A stretch of DNA of 63,995 bases, filler included, from Blastocystis sp. subtype 4 (taxonomy: Eukaryota), in the NCBI RefSeq assembly GCF_000743755.1. It is 39 parts of 39 records of this genome, joined end to end, with 100 filler letters (N's around TTAATTAATTAA, not from the genome) between each part and the next. Parts side by side here need not be neighbours in the genome. Positions count along the whole stretch, not along the records: positions 37,446 to 38,850 come from NW_014568712.1; positions 38,951 to 40,418 come from NW_014568711.1; positions 40,519 to 41,914 come from NW_014568710.1; positions 42,015 to 43,406 come from NW_014568709.1; positions 43,507 to 44,955 come from NW_014568708.1; positions 45,056 to 46,427 come from NW_014568707.1; positions 46,528 to 47,897 come from NW_014568706.1; positions 47,998 to 49,366 come from NW_014568705.1; 31 more parts are not named here. One strand, written 5' to 3'. Under the pieces are notes generated by a model that did no database searches, had not been told where the DNA came from, and worked only from the letters and a program-made list of their open reading frames with translations. This document shows positions 37,722-50,931 of the stretch, one piece after another (within the stretch, counting starts at the first letter, position 1; every line of letters starts with the position of its first letter). Made by a program: the position numbers and the translations under genes.

Positions 37722-38751
37722 TTAGTGAAGGGCAGCGGAGATAAATCCAGTAATCTTTTGAATATCCCGATTCTTCACACTACAATTACAAGCATAAACC
37801 TTGCAAGGGGCATCCTTTTCAAAGGAGAATTTCTGTCCTTCCACACCTAATTTGTTAGTGTTGCTTTCTCCAACGGCTTCTACAGAACCTCGACTCTCTT
37901 TGATCAAATCACTAATAATAACTCTTCAAAGACAACAGTACAGTTCGTTCTCAATCTTTTCAAATACAGACTGGTTGTCCTCACAGTTCGGAAGGTCCGA
38001 TTTGTTGATAGCGAGAAGAAGTGGACAAGGATGAGTAACAAAGGCAGGATTCACAAAGAGATCATACAATTCCCTATGACTCATTATCCAATATCACTAT
38101 CAACTCTGCAATAGCCTTCACATCATAACTAGTTCCATCAACCATATAAACAATTCCGGCAGCATGAGGAATGTGATCATTCACTCGACTAAGATTAAGT
38201 ACAACCCGATAATCAAACTTGCGAACTGCAGGATGTCCAGGGATGTCAACAATCTTACCAATAACACGCTTGGGATCCTTTCCACCTATATCTTCATTGA
38301 TCGACGCACAGGTAATAGACGCAATATTCTCCTTAATGGAGGTTACAGTCTCAGGGAATTGGTTTTGAGTGGCCTTAGTATCATCCTAAATCTCCAAATA
38401 CCTACTACATAGAATAAAGCTGTCTTACCACTATCGCAACAGCCAATGAGAAGAATGGAGTCCCCATGAATTGTGTGATACCTTCTTTCTCCCGTTTTGA
38501 CAAAAACACGCACTACAAATAATGAACGAAGGAGAAATTGTGTACATGTCATGAATCCCACAACCACAAGATAACAGAGCGATAAAAGAATCATAAGTGT
38601 GATACCAAATGCTTGTTGCTACAGATCAAATACCAGTTTATCGAAATACATCAGTCACATGGAAGAAAGACGCTACATTAAATTGAACGTAATAGAATCC
38701 TGTGAGTAACCAATTAGGTAGGTTTTTGAACTGAAGATACAAACTGGACAT
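37722..38751 (-). CDS. SRPRB: Signal recognition particle receptor beta subunit (multi-exon)
   Basis: N-terminal TM, ILLIGCCDSGKTALFY, DIPGHPAVR, LYDLF...PLLLAINKSDL...IENEL. Start approximate. Confidence 0.85.
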
Positions 38752-38950
38752 ACACAAAGAGAAGAATGACAACTTCGTTTCAACAAACAATCAAGAGAAG
38801 CAAACTTCACATTACAGTAAACATAAAACAATTTAAGAACGATCGACCTTNNNNNNNNNNNNNNNNNNNNNNNNNNNNNNNNNNNNNNNNNNNNTTAATT
38901 AATTAANNNNNNNNNNNNNNNNNNNNNNNNNNNNNNNNNNNNNNNNNNNN

Positions 38951-39476
38951 GATTATTTGGCTGTCAGGATAAATGTTCAGTATCTGATATACACTGTTAA
39001 GGACAATGCTTTGAATACATCCAGAAACAGTTTATTCGTGCTTATGAAGCAATATGAAATGAGAAATGATTGTCTATTATCCTTTTAGTGTCAAAAGCAC
39101 ACTGATCTGTTGAGAGATGGCAATAACGGTATCGAAGAATAGAAATCAATGTGATTGTGTATAATGCTCATACTAAGAGGTGATTTGATTCTTCGTTTCG
39201 TCAATAATCATAATGAGGAACTTCAATGTCTTTGCTGGTATTAACAATACCTAAATCATCTTAGAACGATAGAGATGAGCAGTTAATACTAATCATGCAC
39301 AACCAAGTATGTCGCCAAAATGAATCTTCAATCCTTAATAGCAATAAATGGAAATGTGAAGAAAATGGTAGGCTATGCTCATCATTACGAGCTGCATTGG
39401 GGTGAATAAACGAATTGTTTTAGTATATTCTAATCGAATGTAGGTGGATGGTAACAGGGTATGTAGAAGATACACA
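38951..39476 (+). repeat. Segment duplicated (inverted, near-identical) at 59539-60078
   Basis: GATTATTTGGCTGTCAGG...GAAGATACACA matches the reverse complement of the start of that contig. Confidence 0.9.
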
Positions 39477-39534
39477 ACTATTCTTCATAATTCTCGTCAC
39501 ATCATGTGAATGTGTTTATTCTTCATTCATTAAG

Positions 39535-40245
39535 ATGTATTAATCAATAATCATTCAAGACTAATCATCTAATAGATCATTCATTTGGAACAATCCTTAT
39601 CGATTCAATAATCATTTCATTACATACATCAAAGTACTTCACACCTCTTCAAATACACTCTTTACAAACATCAATCAATTCAATACTCTCTTCAATATCA
39701 AATGTGAATCAATCATATTTGATAAACGATACTATACTCTACCTCACATCATTGATATGATCAATCAAGTACAATACACATCAATCTCAATATCCAATTC
39801 TGTATCCAGTTATGGTTGTATTCATATTGATTCCAGTTGTACAATGTGAATGAAGAACAAGTGATTATGATTGATAGAAACAGAACAGGATACTATATGA
39901 TAACAATCCTAAATGATTGATATGAGACTGAAGAATTAACATGAATGTTGTGGTGATGTGTTGAGCTGATATAGAGTGGTGAGAATGCCTTCTGAATATC
40001 ATTGAATCACTTCTATACAGTCGATTTCCTGAATGATTATTCATTAGAGATGATGTTGTTAATGAAGTGTAGTTTCTCTTTATGACGTATACCTCACACC
40101 GATATAATGTATGCCTAAAGTATACACCAATATAAGAACAAATAAGTGATGATAAACAAAGAAGATGCTGCAGTGAACAAGATGTGTTGATCATTCGATA
40201 GTATCTGTCAGATGGATTTGAATGAACAAGAGGTTGATAGTATGA
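39535..40245 (+). mobile_element. Truncated penton-like relic plus shared internal segment
   Basis: ATG..TCAATAATCATTCAAG...CCTTATCGATTCAATAAT...GGTTGTATTCATATTGATTCCAGTTGTACAATGTGAAT. Abuts a He_PIG module at 40245-40418. Confidence 0.65.
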
Positions 40246-40518
40246 TTGAAGATAAGAGAATGAAGAGATAGAAGTGATAACAGTGAATGAAAGAACAACA
40301 GTTTCAATTGCTGTTCCATTCACTGCTTCGATTGTGACTGATTGAGAAGAGAGTAATTGAGAAGGAGATCCAGAGATGACTCCAGTTGATGGATTGATAG
40401 ATAGACCAATAGGAAGTGNNNNNNNNNNNNNNNNNNNNNNNNNNNNNNNNNNNNNNNNNNNNTTAATTAATTAANNNNNNNNNNNNNNNNNNNNNNNNNN
40501 NNNNNNNNNNNNNNNNNN

Positions 40519-41914
40519 AGGCTTGTAAAGACGTTGAATCAGTGAAATCATGGTACTCTTTCCACAACCACTAGGACCCACAAAAGCAACAGATTTGCCT
40601 TGGGGAATTGTAAATGATACCGATTTGAGAATCGGAGCTTCAGGACGTGTTGGATAGGTGAATGAAACGTCCTTGAAGGTGATATCACCGTTCTGACCTT
40701 CTGTCTTGATCTCGCGAACTGCATCATCTTCACTCTTCTGGCCCAAGATCCCCACAACAGTATCAGCAGCCTTTCTAGCTAGTTTAAGAGAAGCAGCAAA
40801 GGCCATTGTGAAACTTGCTGTCGAGGCACTCGTAGATACTGTCATATACACGAACAACAGCTGTGTGAAGGTAATCCAACCGTGGTTCATGAACCAGGAA
40901 CCCATACTCAACATCACAATCACATAGACACATGGAATGAGTTGAGTGAAGAATTGACCAACTGATTGACGAATCATTCGTGTCTTCGTCCTCTCATCTG
41001 CTTGTTTTATGTCCTTATCAATGGAATTCAGTAAGGTATCCTCCAATCCATAAGCTCGAACTGTGTGGATATTCAGTAAATAGTCTGTAATGACACCTGA
41101 CTCCTTCGTGAGGTCTGCATCTATCAATTCAGTTGTTCTGCCTACAACCATGTACTGAAGATAACTTACAGACAACAGAAATGGAGTCATTACGAGAGCG
41201 ACCAAAGCCAACCTCCAACTTCCCAGAGGAGAGAAGCACATAACCAGATTGACAATGGCTATCATATAGTTTTCAACTATCATTCCACTCTGATCCTGGA
41301 TATCTCGTATGCGTCGACATTCAATTCCAACACGGGATGTGAGAACTGCAGGGAAGTGTTTGGGGTCGTCAAAGAAAGCCATCTGCATGGAGAGATACTT
41401 CTTTAGTAGCCGTATTCGAAGTTCAGCAATGAGATTTTCTCCTAGAATACTTGTCATCACCCAATGAAGGATAGTACCAAAGACATCCGAGATACATGCA
41501 AGAACGATAAACCAAACACACATCCAACCTCGCTTCACAAAATATGTGAGATCAAATATATAGAGCAGTTCTTGCATTTGGGACACGGCATACGAATATG
41601 CTGGTGGGTATACAACACGGAAGAAGTTACCAATGAATCCAACCCAGAATGTCCAAGCATAACGAGGAATGAATGTTAACAACTGGTTCATTGAGACATG
41701 TTCATACTCTTCTTCTGTTTCTACTTCCACCACCTCTTCCTCTGCTTCAACTTTCTGTTCAGTCTGTTGGTCTTCTTTTGGAGTCACAGACACTGATGGA
41801 GCCGTGTCTTGACTTTCATACAGAGCAGAGTAAATGCCCTTCTTATTCAATAACTCCTCATGAGTTCCTTCCTCAACCACATGTCCTTCATCCACAACCA
41901 CAATTCGATCACAC
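40519..41914 (-). CDS. ABCB (P-glycoprotein/MDR-type) full transporter, internal fragment
   Basis: End of NBD1 (EEGTHEELL), TMD2, start of NBD2 (FTYPTRP, GPSGCGKST). Confidence 0.93.
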
Positions 41915-42014
41915 NNNNNNNNNNNNNNNNNNNNNNNNNNNNNNNNNNNNNNNNNNNNTTAATTAATTAANNNNNNNNNNNNNNNNNNNNNNNNNNNNNN
42001 NNNNNNNNNNNNNN

Positions 42015-42230
42015 CCATGATTTGACTTGAAATGGGTTGGATATGTGTTCCAAATTATGATCAAAATGTCTGCCTTTTCGAGCTTGTTTATGGGCCTTTT
42101 TGTCTGCATTTTAGTGGCGTTTTTGTCTGGTAGGGTTAAGCGTGTATAGCTACCCAGGGTTGGAGGCCCATGTTTGCGACGATTTGTCTGGATAATAACA
42201 ATACGTAACATACGTCAATTACCTACTACT
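42015..42230 (-). mobile_element. Young terminal repeat (putative TIR)
   Basis: AGTAGTAGGTAATTGACGTATGTTACG...AAATCATGG. Confidence 0.82.
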
Positions 42231-42250
42231 ATCACACCTATCAAGAACAT

Positions 42251-42405
42251 AGTATCGTTTTGATGTATATTATATTCAAATTGGAAGCAGACAAAACTGT
42301 CACCAACATGGGTCTTCCAACCCTGGGTAGTTATAGAGGGAAATGGCAAGAAGATGGAAGGCTCACTTCCATTTCAAGTCAAATTGTTAGGTGATTAACA
42401 ACAAG
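42251..42405 (+). mobile_element. Degenerate terminal repeat, back-to-back with the previous one
   Basis: AGTATCGTTTTGATGTAT...CAACATGGGTCTTCCAACCCTGGGTAGTTATAGAGGG. Confidence 0.65.
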
Positions 42406-42569
42406 TTTGATAAGTTTGAACATTTGAATGTGAGACAGATGAAAATGATTGAACGAGAAGAAGAGTGTAGAAGCTAAGGATTGGATGAATTTGAATTGAT
42501 GATTGTACCATTATTGATATTTGTTGTTGAGATATTAGATACAGATAGGAGAAATCGAGTGTATTGAAG

Positions 42570-43021
42570 CCATTCACTGATATTCAGAAGGCATTCTCAC
42601 CACTGTACATCAATTCAAACATCACTACAATTCATCATTCATATCAATTCTTCAATCTCATATCAACCTGTTAGAAATGTTCAAATAGTGTTCTGTTCTG
42701 TTTCCATCAATCACAATCTCTTGCTTCACACTGAACAATTGGAATCAATGTGAATACAACCATAACTAGCAGTATTGGATAATGAGAATGATGTGTGTTG
42801 TATTTGATTGAGCATAGCAATGATGTGAGATAGTATAGTATCTTTTATCAAACATGATTGATTCACATTTGGTACTGAATTGATGTTTGAAAGAGTGCGT
42901 TTGAAACATGTATGAATAGTACTTTGATGAATATAATGAATGGATTGTTGAGTCAATAGAATTGTTTCAAGTAAATGATCCATTTGATTGTTTGTCTTGA
43001 ATGACTATTGAGTAAATACAT
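42570..43021 (-). mobile_element. Truncated penton-like relic plus shared internal segment
   Basis: SHIIAMLNQIQHTSFSLSNTASYGCIHIDSNCSV, then the same downstream segment as 39850+. Confidence 0.65.
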
Positions 43022-44249
43022 CTTACTGAAGCATTAGGATGCTGTACCATACAATTCTTGCTTAGTACTATTTGAATTCAGTATAATCATGAATACAATA
43101 AACATAATTCTTTCTCCAATGTAGATGTATAATAAAACAAAGAAGCATCTCTAACTTGAGAGTTCATACAGTATATTCTATGTTGTACATATTCTCATAT
43201 TATCTCTTCATCTTTGTTCTATTCCTTCTCTCTCAACAATCCCGCCTTTCTTCATATTCAATAAGATATAATATTCCATTGTCTATTCGAAGAACAGATA
43301 GATTAGGATGGAATCAATTTCATGAATTCTATGAGGATTATGTAAGCTTCTATCAACATCAGACAAATGGCAGTTGTGATACTTCTTATTTCCTTTATTC
43401 TTTACCNNNNNNNNNNNNNNNNNNNNNNNNNNNNNNNNNNNNNNNNNNNNTTAATTAATTAANNNNNNNNNNNNNNNNNNNNNNNNNNNNNNNNNNNNNN
43501 NNNNNNTATTACCAATCACAACACTTCCAACAAACTTCAATCAACTCAAATCAACCACATTAATGCTATCTTCATTACATCAATTCCCAGTTACACTCAC
43601 TGCACTTACATACCAACCAATACTCAAATATCAATCCCAATTATTCACTCTCTATCTACTCATCAATCAACACTCAATCAACTCACCAATCACTCAATCA
43701 ACTCACACTATTCTCACCAATAATCACTTCATTCAACAATTCATATTCAACACCTCTCATATTCACAATCTCATTCTCAACACCTCTCATTCTCACAATC
43801 TCATTCAAAGACTTCGAACCAATCACTAATCACTTCAAATCAACAAATCGANNNNNNNNNNNNNNNTACAACAATTCTCACCAATCATCATTACATTCTT
43901 CATTCTCATCACTCTTATTACAATTATTTCACTCTTTCTATTTAACTCAATACAATCACCGTATTCTATCAACTCATTCATCCTTCTTCTTTTCAACCTC
44001 ATATTCATTCCATTCTCATCTACATTCAATTATCATATTCATTTCATACATATCTCATTTCATCTTATAATCACTTCATTCCCCATAACAAATTCTTAAT
44101 CATCCACTCATTCAAATACTCATTCATTCTCATTCATTCTCATTATTCACATACTCTATGCATCATATTCAACCGCCTTTCATACCTAACTCTACATTCC
44201 ATTCCAATTCTTAAAGGATTCTTCTCTCACACATTCAGCTAAGCTTCAA

Positions 44250-44955
44250 TTCTTATACTTTAATTCAAACCGCTTTCATCACTCATGCGAAATATACTAT
44301 CCAATACTACAAATCTTACTCACAACCTGATCTCCACTAATACTTCGAACTTCATCCTTTCTATTATGCCATTCAATTATACATCTTACAACTAATCAAA
44401 TCAAACCAACTTACCAAAATCGATAATTCAAATTGTACATGTCTTCTCACACTTTCTTCAAAACACAACTTTCTTTCATTCTTTCATATTTCATTCATAT
44501 TCACATTTCTATTCGAATCATACTATCTAAACAACCTTACTCACTCTAACACTCTAATACACTTCTATTCATAACAAACATCATACTAATACTATCTCTA
44601 TTACAATCATTACATTCAATTCCAATTCTAACAACCTTCAATTCCTATACTTCAATTCAAACCGCTTTCATCACTCATGCGAAATATACTATCCAATACT
44701 ACAAATCTTACTCACAACTTGATTTCCACTAATACTTCGAACTTCATTCAATTATACATCTTACAACTAATCAAATCAAACCAATTTATCAAAATCGATA
44801 ATTCAAATTGTACATGTCTTCTCACACTTTCTTCAAAACACAATTTTCTTTCATTCTTTCATATTTCATTCATATTCACATTTCTATTCGAATCATACTA
44901 TCCAAACAACCTCACTCACACTTTACTCACTCTAACACTCTAATACACTTCTATT
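44250..44955. repeat. Tandem duplication (~390-nt period) of extremely G-poor sequence; possible kinase relic
   Basis: 44250-44570 is near-identical to 44640-44955. Minus strand reads IIDFG and ICSIG*YISHE. Confidence 0.75.
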
Positions 44956-45055
44956 NNNNNNNNNNNNNNNNNNNNNNNNNNNNNNNNNNNNNNNNNNNNT
45001 TAATTAATTAANNNNNNNNNNNNNNNNNNNNNNNNNNNNNNNNNNNNNNNNNNNN

Positions 45056-46427
45056 TATGTTGTGACTCTTCCAGGTAAACAAATGCAAACTTCAACAGTA
45101 ACGAGTCCAGTGACATTCCTTCAATCTGGAAGTAACACGATTGCTATTGCCATTATTGCTATTGATGATACTCAACTCACATCCTATTTCGATACAGTTG
45201 TTCGTTTGATGTGATCAGAACAATCTGAATCTCATATCTGGGATTTCACTGTAGACACATTTAGGATTTACGTTGGTTTCAAAGCTTTTGATATGTACTA
45301 TGGAACCCATATCTCTTCTTCATCCTGTTATTTCAGTTATCTCATTTTGACTCTATCAAACAATCGTCGTGAATGGATCAGTTCTGTTCAGATTCAGAAC
45401 TATTACACTTTATCAATACCATACAGTAGTCAGATGGCAACTCAATTCAAGTTGTATGGTCGTAACTTGGGTACAGATGAATGGACACTTCTTACTGATG
45501 TGACTGGTATAACTTATTCCACTCCTGGTCAGAAGCGAAAGATCTATTTGTCTAACAATACTCCTTACAATCAATTCAAGTTTGGTAACATTGCTACTGG
45601 TGATTCTTCTTCTTGCACTTGGAGAATTCAATCTCTGGATCTGTTTGCTGATAATGTGTTGGCTGATATTCCTAACTTCACTTATGAATCTTCAGTCAGT
45701 GTATTCAAGGATGTTGAGATGTCTGAAGTGATTCCTGAGAATGGAGATGGTTACATGAACTTCAGAATCAATCCTTCTCTTCCTGCTGGTATTGTGTTGG
45801 ATCCTCATACTGGTTGGATTTCAGGTACTGCCACTGTTGAGAGTAGTGCTCAAACCTACACCATCACTGCTACAAAGATGACTGGAGGAAATGTGACTGC
45901 CACTATCTCTTTATCAGTTTCAGTGTGTACTGGAGATTATGGACTAATGACTGTTCGATTCAGAGCTGATTATTATCCTAAAGAGAATTCGTGGAAGTTG
46001 TATGAAGGAAGAGGAACATCAGGAACTGTTCTTCAATCAGTATCTGAATTCCCTGTATATAATGCTTATTACTATGTTGATTTCTGTTTGGATAATGGAA
46101 TCTACACATTTGAAGGAGCTGATTCATGGGGAGATGGATGGGATAATGATTCTGGTTACACTCTGACTGTTGATTATGGAGAGATGGAGTTGGATATCAT
46201 GGAAATGAGTAGTCAGGATTATTCACCCATTTATGTATCAACTGTGTTCTCAACCTACTTCCCTTTCCAGATTGAATACACAGATTGGAAGGTGATACAG
46301 AGTGATGTGTCAAGTGATTGGAATACTATCAGTTTCGATGATTCCACTTGGAACACATACAAGGCTGTTGATATTCCTTCCACTTCTTCAATCACAACAT
46401 ATATCCGAAAGAGTTTCACAATGAGTG
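45056..46427 (+). pseudogene. He_PIG/galactose-binding-like surface protein fragment with a premature stop
   Basis: In-frame TGA at 45212-45214 where the paralog at 34404-35819 has TCA. Otherwise open. Confidence 0.7.
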
Positions 46428-46527
46428 NNNNNNNNNNNNNNNNNNNNNNNNNNNNNNNNNNNNNNNNNNNNTTAATTAATTAANNNNNNNNNNNNNNNNN
46501 NNNNNNNNNNNNNNNNNNNNNNNNNNN

Positions 46528-47897
46528 AAAGAGAGAATGATTGATCACTCACTTCATTGAATGCTTTGATTGTTACTGATTGAGATGATATTGATTGAGA
46601 AGGAGTTCCTGAGATCATTCCAGTTGATGAATTGAGAGATAGGCCAATAGGAAGAGATCCTGAAGTGATAGAGAAAAAAGGATTCGTCCCTTGCTTTTCT
46701 GGTGAGACAGAATAGTCTTCTCCAAGAGAAAGGATATAAGAAGTCTGAGGATAAGAGAACGAAGAGATAGGAATTAGAACAGAAAATGAAAGAGAATACG
46801 TTCGATTACTCACTTCATTGAATGCTTTGATTGTAACGGATTGAGATGACACTGAATGAGAAGGAATACCTGATATCATTCCATTTGATGAGTTAAGCAA
46901 CAGACCAATAGGAAGAGATGCTGATGAAACAGAGAACGATAAGTTATCTCCAGTAACCGTAGGAGTGATGAAGAATGATTCATCTATTGATAGGGTATAC
47001 GAAAACTGAGGATATGAGAATGAAGAGATAGGAGTGAGAACAGTGAATGAAAGAGAGAATAATTGATTCTCCAATTCATTAGATACTTTGATTGTTACTG
47101 ATTGAGATGATACTGATTGAGAAGGAGTTCCTGATATCATTCCATTTGAAGAATTGAGTGAGAGTCCAACTGGAAGAGATCCGAATGTAGTCAAGAATGA
47201 AAGCTCATCTCCATCAACAGTAGGAGAGATACAGAATGGACTGTTCTTTGACAGAACATAAGATGATTGAGGATAAGAGAATGAAGAGATAGAAGCGAGC
47301 ACTGTGAACGCAAGTGAGATAGTTTGATTACTCACTTGATTGAATGCTTTGATTGTTACTGATTGAGATGATACTGATTGAGAAGGAGATCCTGATATCA
47401 TTCCAGTTGATGAATTGAAAATCAAACCAGTAGGAAGCAATCCTGATATGATAGAGAAAGACTGCTCATCTCCATCAACAGTAGGAGAGATACAGAATGG
47501 ACTGTTCTTTGACAGAACATAAGAAGATTGAGGATAAGAGAATGAAGAGATAGAAGCGAGCACTGTGAACGCAAGTGAGATAGTTTGATTACTTACTTTA
47601 TTCGATGCACTGATTGTAACTGATTGAGATACGACAAACTGAGAAGGAGTTCCTGATATGACTCCGTTTGATGGATTGAAAGATAATCCAGTAGGAAGAG
47701 ATCCTGATGTGATAGAGAATGAGACCTCATCTCCATCAACAGTAGGAATGATAGAGAATGGATGATTCTTTGTGAGAAAATAAGATGATTGAGGATATGA
47801 GAATGAAGAGATAGGAGTGATAACAGTGAATGAAAGAACAACAGTTTCAATTGCTGTTCCACTCACTGCTTCGATTGTGACTGATTGAGAAGAGAGT
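46528..47897 (-). CDS. Tandem He_PIG repeat region
   Basis: About five 87-aa Ig-like units. Confidence 0.85.
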
Positions 47898-47997
47898 NNN
47901 NNNNNNNNNNNNNNNNNNNNNNNNNNNNNNNNNNNNNNNNNTTAATTAATTAANNNNNNNNNNNNNNNNNNNNNNNNNNNNNNNNNNNNNNNNNNNN

Positions 47998-49366
47998 GAC
48001 AGTATTCCAATCACTTGACACATCACTCTGTATCACCTTCCAATCTGTGTATTCAATTTGGAAAGGGAAATATGTTGAGAACACAGTGGTCACAGTCACA
48101 GGCTTCACACCAGTGTTCGGTACTTCATTCATATCCAACTCCATCTCTCCATAGTCCACAGTCAGAGTATATCCACTTCCTACAGCCCAACCATCACCCC
48201 AAGAATCCTGAGCTTGGAATGTGTAGATTCCATTCTCCAAACAGAAATCCAGATAGTAATAACCACCTCTCACAGGGAACGTATTGACTGATTGAAGAGG
48301 ATCTCCAATAGCTCCTCTTCCTTCATACAGCTGCCATGAATTCTCTGTAGAATATGTATCCGCTCGAATACGCACAGTCATCAGCCCACGAGTTGTAGTA
48401 CACAATTCCACCGAGAGAGAGAATTGGACAGTCACACTTCCACCAATCAACTTTTGAGCTGTGACTGTGTATTCTGTCAAAGGAGTCAAGACAGTAGCTG
48501 TACCAGAAATCCATCCATTAGTCGAATCAAATTGAAGGCCTGAAGGAAGAGCAGGACTGATTGTGAAGTTAATATACCCATCTCCTTCGGGGATCAGTTC
48601 AGCCATTTCGACATCACGAATCACAGTCGTTGAAGCAGGATAGGTAAGAGGTGCTGGATCACTGAGGAGGTTATCAGCATAGAGATTCAGCGACTGAATC
48701 AACCAATCACACGATTCACCACTCTTAAAGCTCTCAAACTTAAATTGATTGTAAGGAGCATTGTTCACAAAATAGATTCGTTTCTTCTGACCAGCCATCG
48801 AATAGCTCAAACCATCCACATCCGCCAATAGTACCCAATCTGTATCTATTCCATTACGACCATAGAGTTTGAATGCAGTCACCGATTTGGCATTTGCCTC
48901 ATAATTGTTCTGAATCTGAATCGAACTCACCCATTCTCTTCTGTCATTGTCCATCACCAATGTCAATGAACTGGTGCAAACACTACCATAGAAAGTATCA
49001 GCATATCCCAAGCTGAATGCATTTGCTCCACTTGATGAAGCATTCATTGTGGTTGATGTAAACTCCCAGATATGAGACTCTGAATGACTTGTCATAAGTC
49101 GAACAGTAGCATCAAATAATGCCTGTGTTTGTGTCTCTGTAATGGCCACAACAGCAATTGCAATCACATTAGTACCCTGCTTGAGATAGTTGACTACTGG
49201 AGACGACCCAACAGAGATCGTACGACCTGGGAGGGTTACTACATGGTACTTCAAATCAGTAAAAGCGTTCTCAGCAGTGGATGAAGTGGACAAATCTCCA
49301 ATCACTCCATTTCTCCATGCTTCATTTCCATTCAAATACACAATCACTCCATATCTGTATCGAATC
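47998..49366 (-). CDS. He_PIG/galactose-binding-like surface protein fragment
   Basis: LPSGLQFDSTNGWISGTAT. Paralog of 19109-20551. Confidence 0.82.
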
Positions 49367-49466
49367 NNNNNNNNNNNNNNNNNNNNNNNNNNNNNNNNNN
49401 NNNNNNNNNNTTAATTAATTAANNNNNNNNNNNNNNNNNNNNNNNNNNNNNNNNNNNNNNNNNNNN

Positions 49467-49668
49467 GAAGGTGAAGCTGGATGTGGGTGAGTTCATTAAG
49501 GGAGAGAACCGTTTCACCACATTGGATAAGAGTCTACCTGATGTGGCTGAGAAATTGCACTCTACTTTGCGAGAGCAGTTGAAGGAGAGGCAGGAGGAGA
49601 GAGTGCGTATGGCCATGTCTGATAAACAGCTCTATAAGTATCTTGCTAAGAAGTTCGAGAAGAAGTAA
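49467..49668 (+). CDS. PFO: Pyruvate:ferredoxin oxidoreductase, C-terminus
   Basis: EFIKGENRFTTLDKSLPDVAEKL resembles the PFO C-terminal ExR[FY]xxL...PxxAxxL motif. TGTTTGTT at 49714. Confidence 0.7.
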
Positions 49669-49748
49669 GCTTGCTTATTTCACGTCTATTATAATTATCT
49701 TTTATTGTGTGGTTGTTTGTTTGAAAGAACATTTGGATTGATCATTGT

Positions 49749-50536
49749 ATGGACGGATGCTTGTTTGCTGGTACAATCCTACGATAGGTGCGTATTTGTG
49801 TAATGAGGGTGAACGAGTGAGAAAACGGTGATTCGTAGAGGTATTATCGGAGGATGATAATATGTACTGCATTGAGCTCTTAGAATCTGTTCTATTTGAA
49901 ATGGAGAGACATGGAGCGTTTGTGGTGCATCTCCCAACAAATAGGGAATTGTCTCTAGATGAATTCTATCTACTGGCGAAGAAGACAGAACCGCTATTCT
50001 GGTATAGATATTTCGTGTATTGCTGTTTGAAGGAGAAGGGATGGTGGAGGTGATGCATATTTTTAATTTCTAGGAATATCCGGGATGCTGCTGATATAGG
50101 CGCTGATTATTATCTCTATGCAACTGAAGTATCTGAATCCCATTCGCTATTTGTTGTTTCTATTGACTATGGCGAATTCTGTGACTCTATTGTGGATGAT
50201 AATAAAGGATATGTGGAAGAAATGATTCAGGGGAAGGAATGGAGTGGATATCAAACAGATGTAGTCCTAGAACTGGAATTTCTGTCTAGTGAATCGGAAA
50301 TAGTTCATAGCCAGCAATCGGGACTCCTGTGGAAAGATGTTCAAAGAATGACTCGACTAGCAAGTTCTGTGAAGAAGATATGGCTGAAAGCACAGTTGGA
50401 AGGAGATTTCCAAAGACTAGACCCTAATCGGTTGAATTCGGTTAAAGAATGTCATCTGAAGCTGAATTTGCTTCGATTTGATCATTGGTCGCCAACAGAA
50501 CCCACTAAATTCCTTCATGCTGTGATTTCGAAGTAA
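49749..50536 (+). CDS. tRNA-splicing endonuclease catalytic subunit (Sen2-like)
   Basis: FWYRYFVYCCLKEKGW|..GADYYLY...SHSLFVV...WKDVQRMTRLASSVKK...WSP. Tyr/His/Lys triad positions present. TGTTTGTT at 50633. Confidence 0.78.
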
Positions 50537-50931
50537 CTTGTTATTAGAATGAAAATATCTGTCACTTTGTGAGAGTAGAAGTAGAAAGGTCTCCTATATC
50601 CAGGATTCATGTTGCATTGTTCTAGAAGAATATGTTTGTTGATATCTGGATACTTCAATACACTTTTGTTTACTTCCTACTCTTGAAATCATTGAGAATA
50701 GAAAGAATCCTTCTACACAAGCGAAAAGAGAAATCCAATTGCGTCATTTCATTGGCTATGATCAAATCTTGACAATTGTGTGCTCTATCAACTCAATCGA
50801 TTCATATTTATTTCAATTCAATCAACGAAATNNNNNNNNNNNNNNNNNNNNNNNNNNNNNNNNNNNNNNNNNNNNTTAATTAATTAANNNNNNNNNNNNN
50901 NNNNNNNNNNNNNNNNNNNNNNNNNNNNNNN

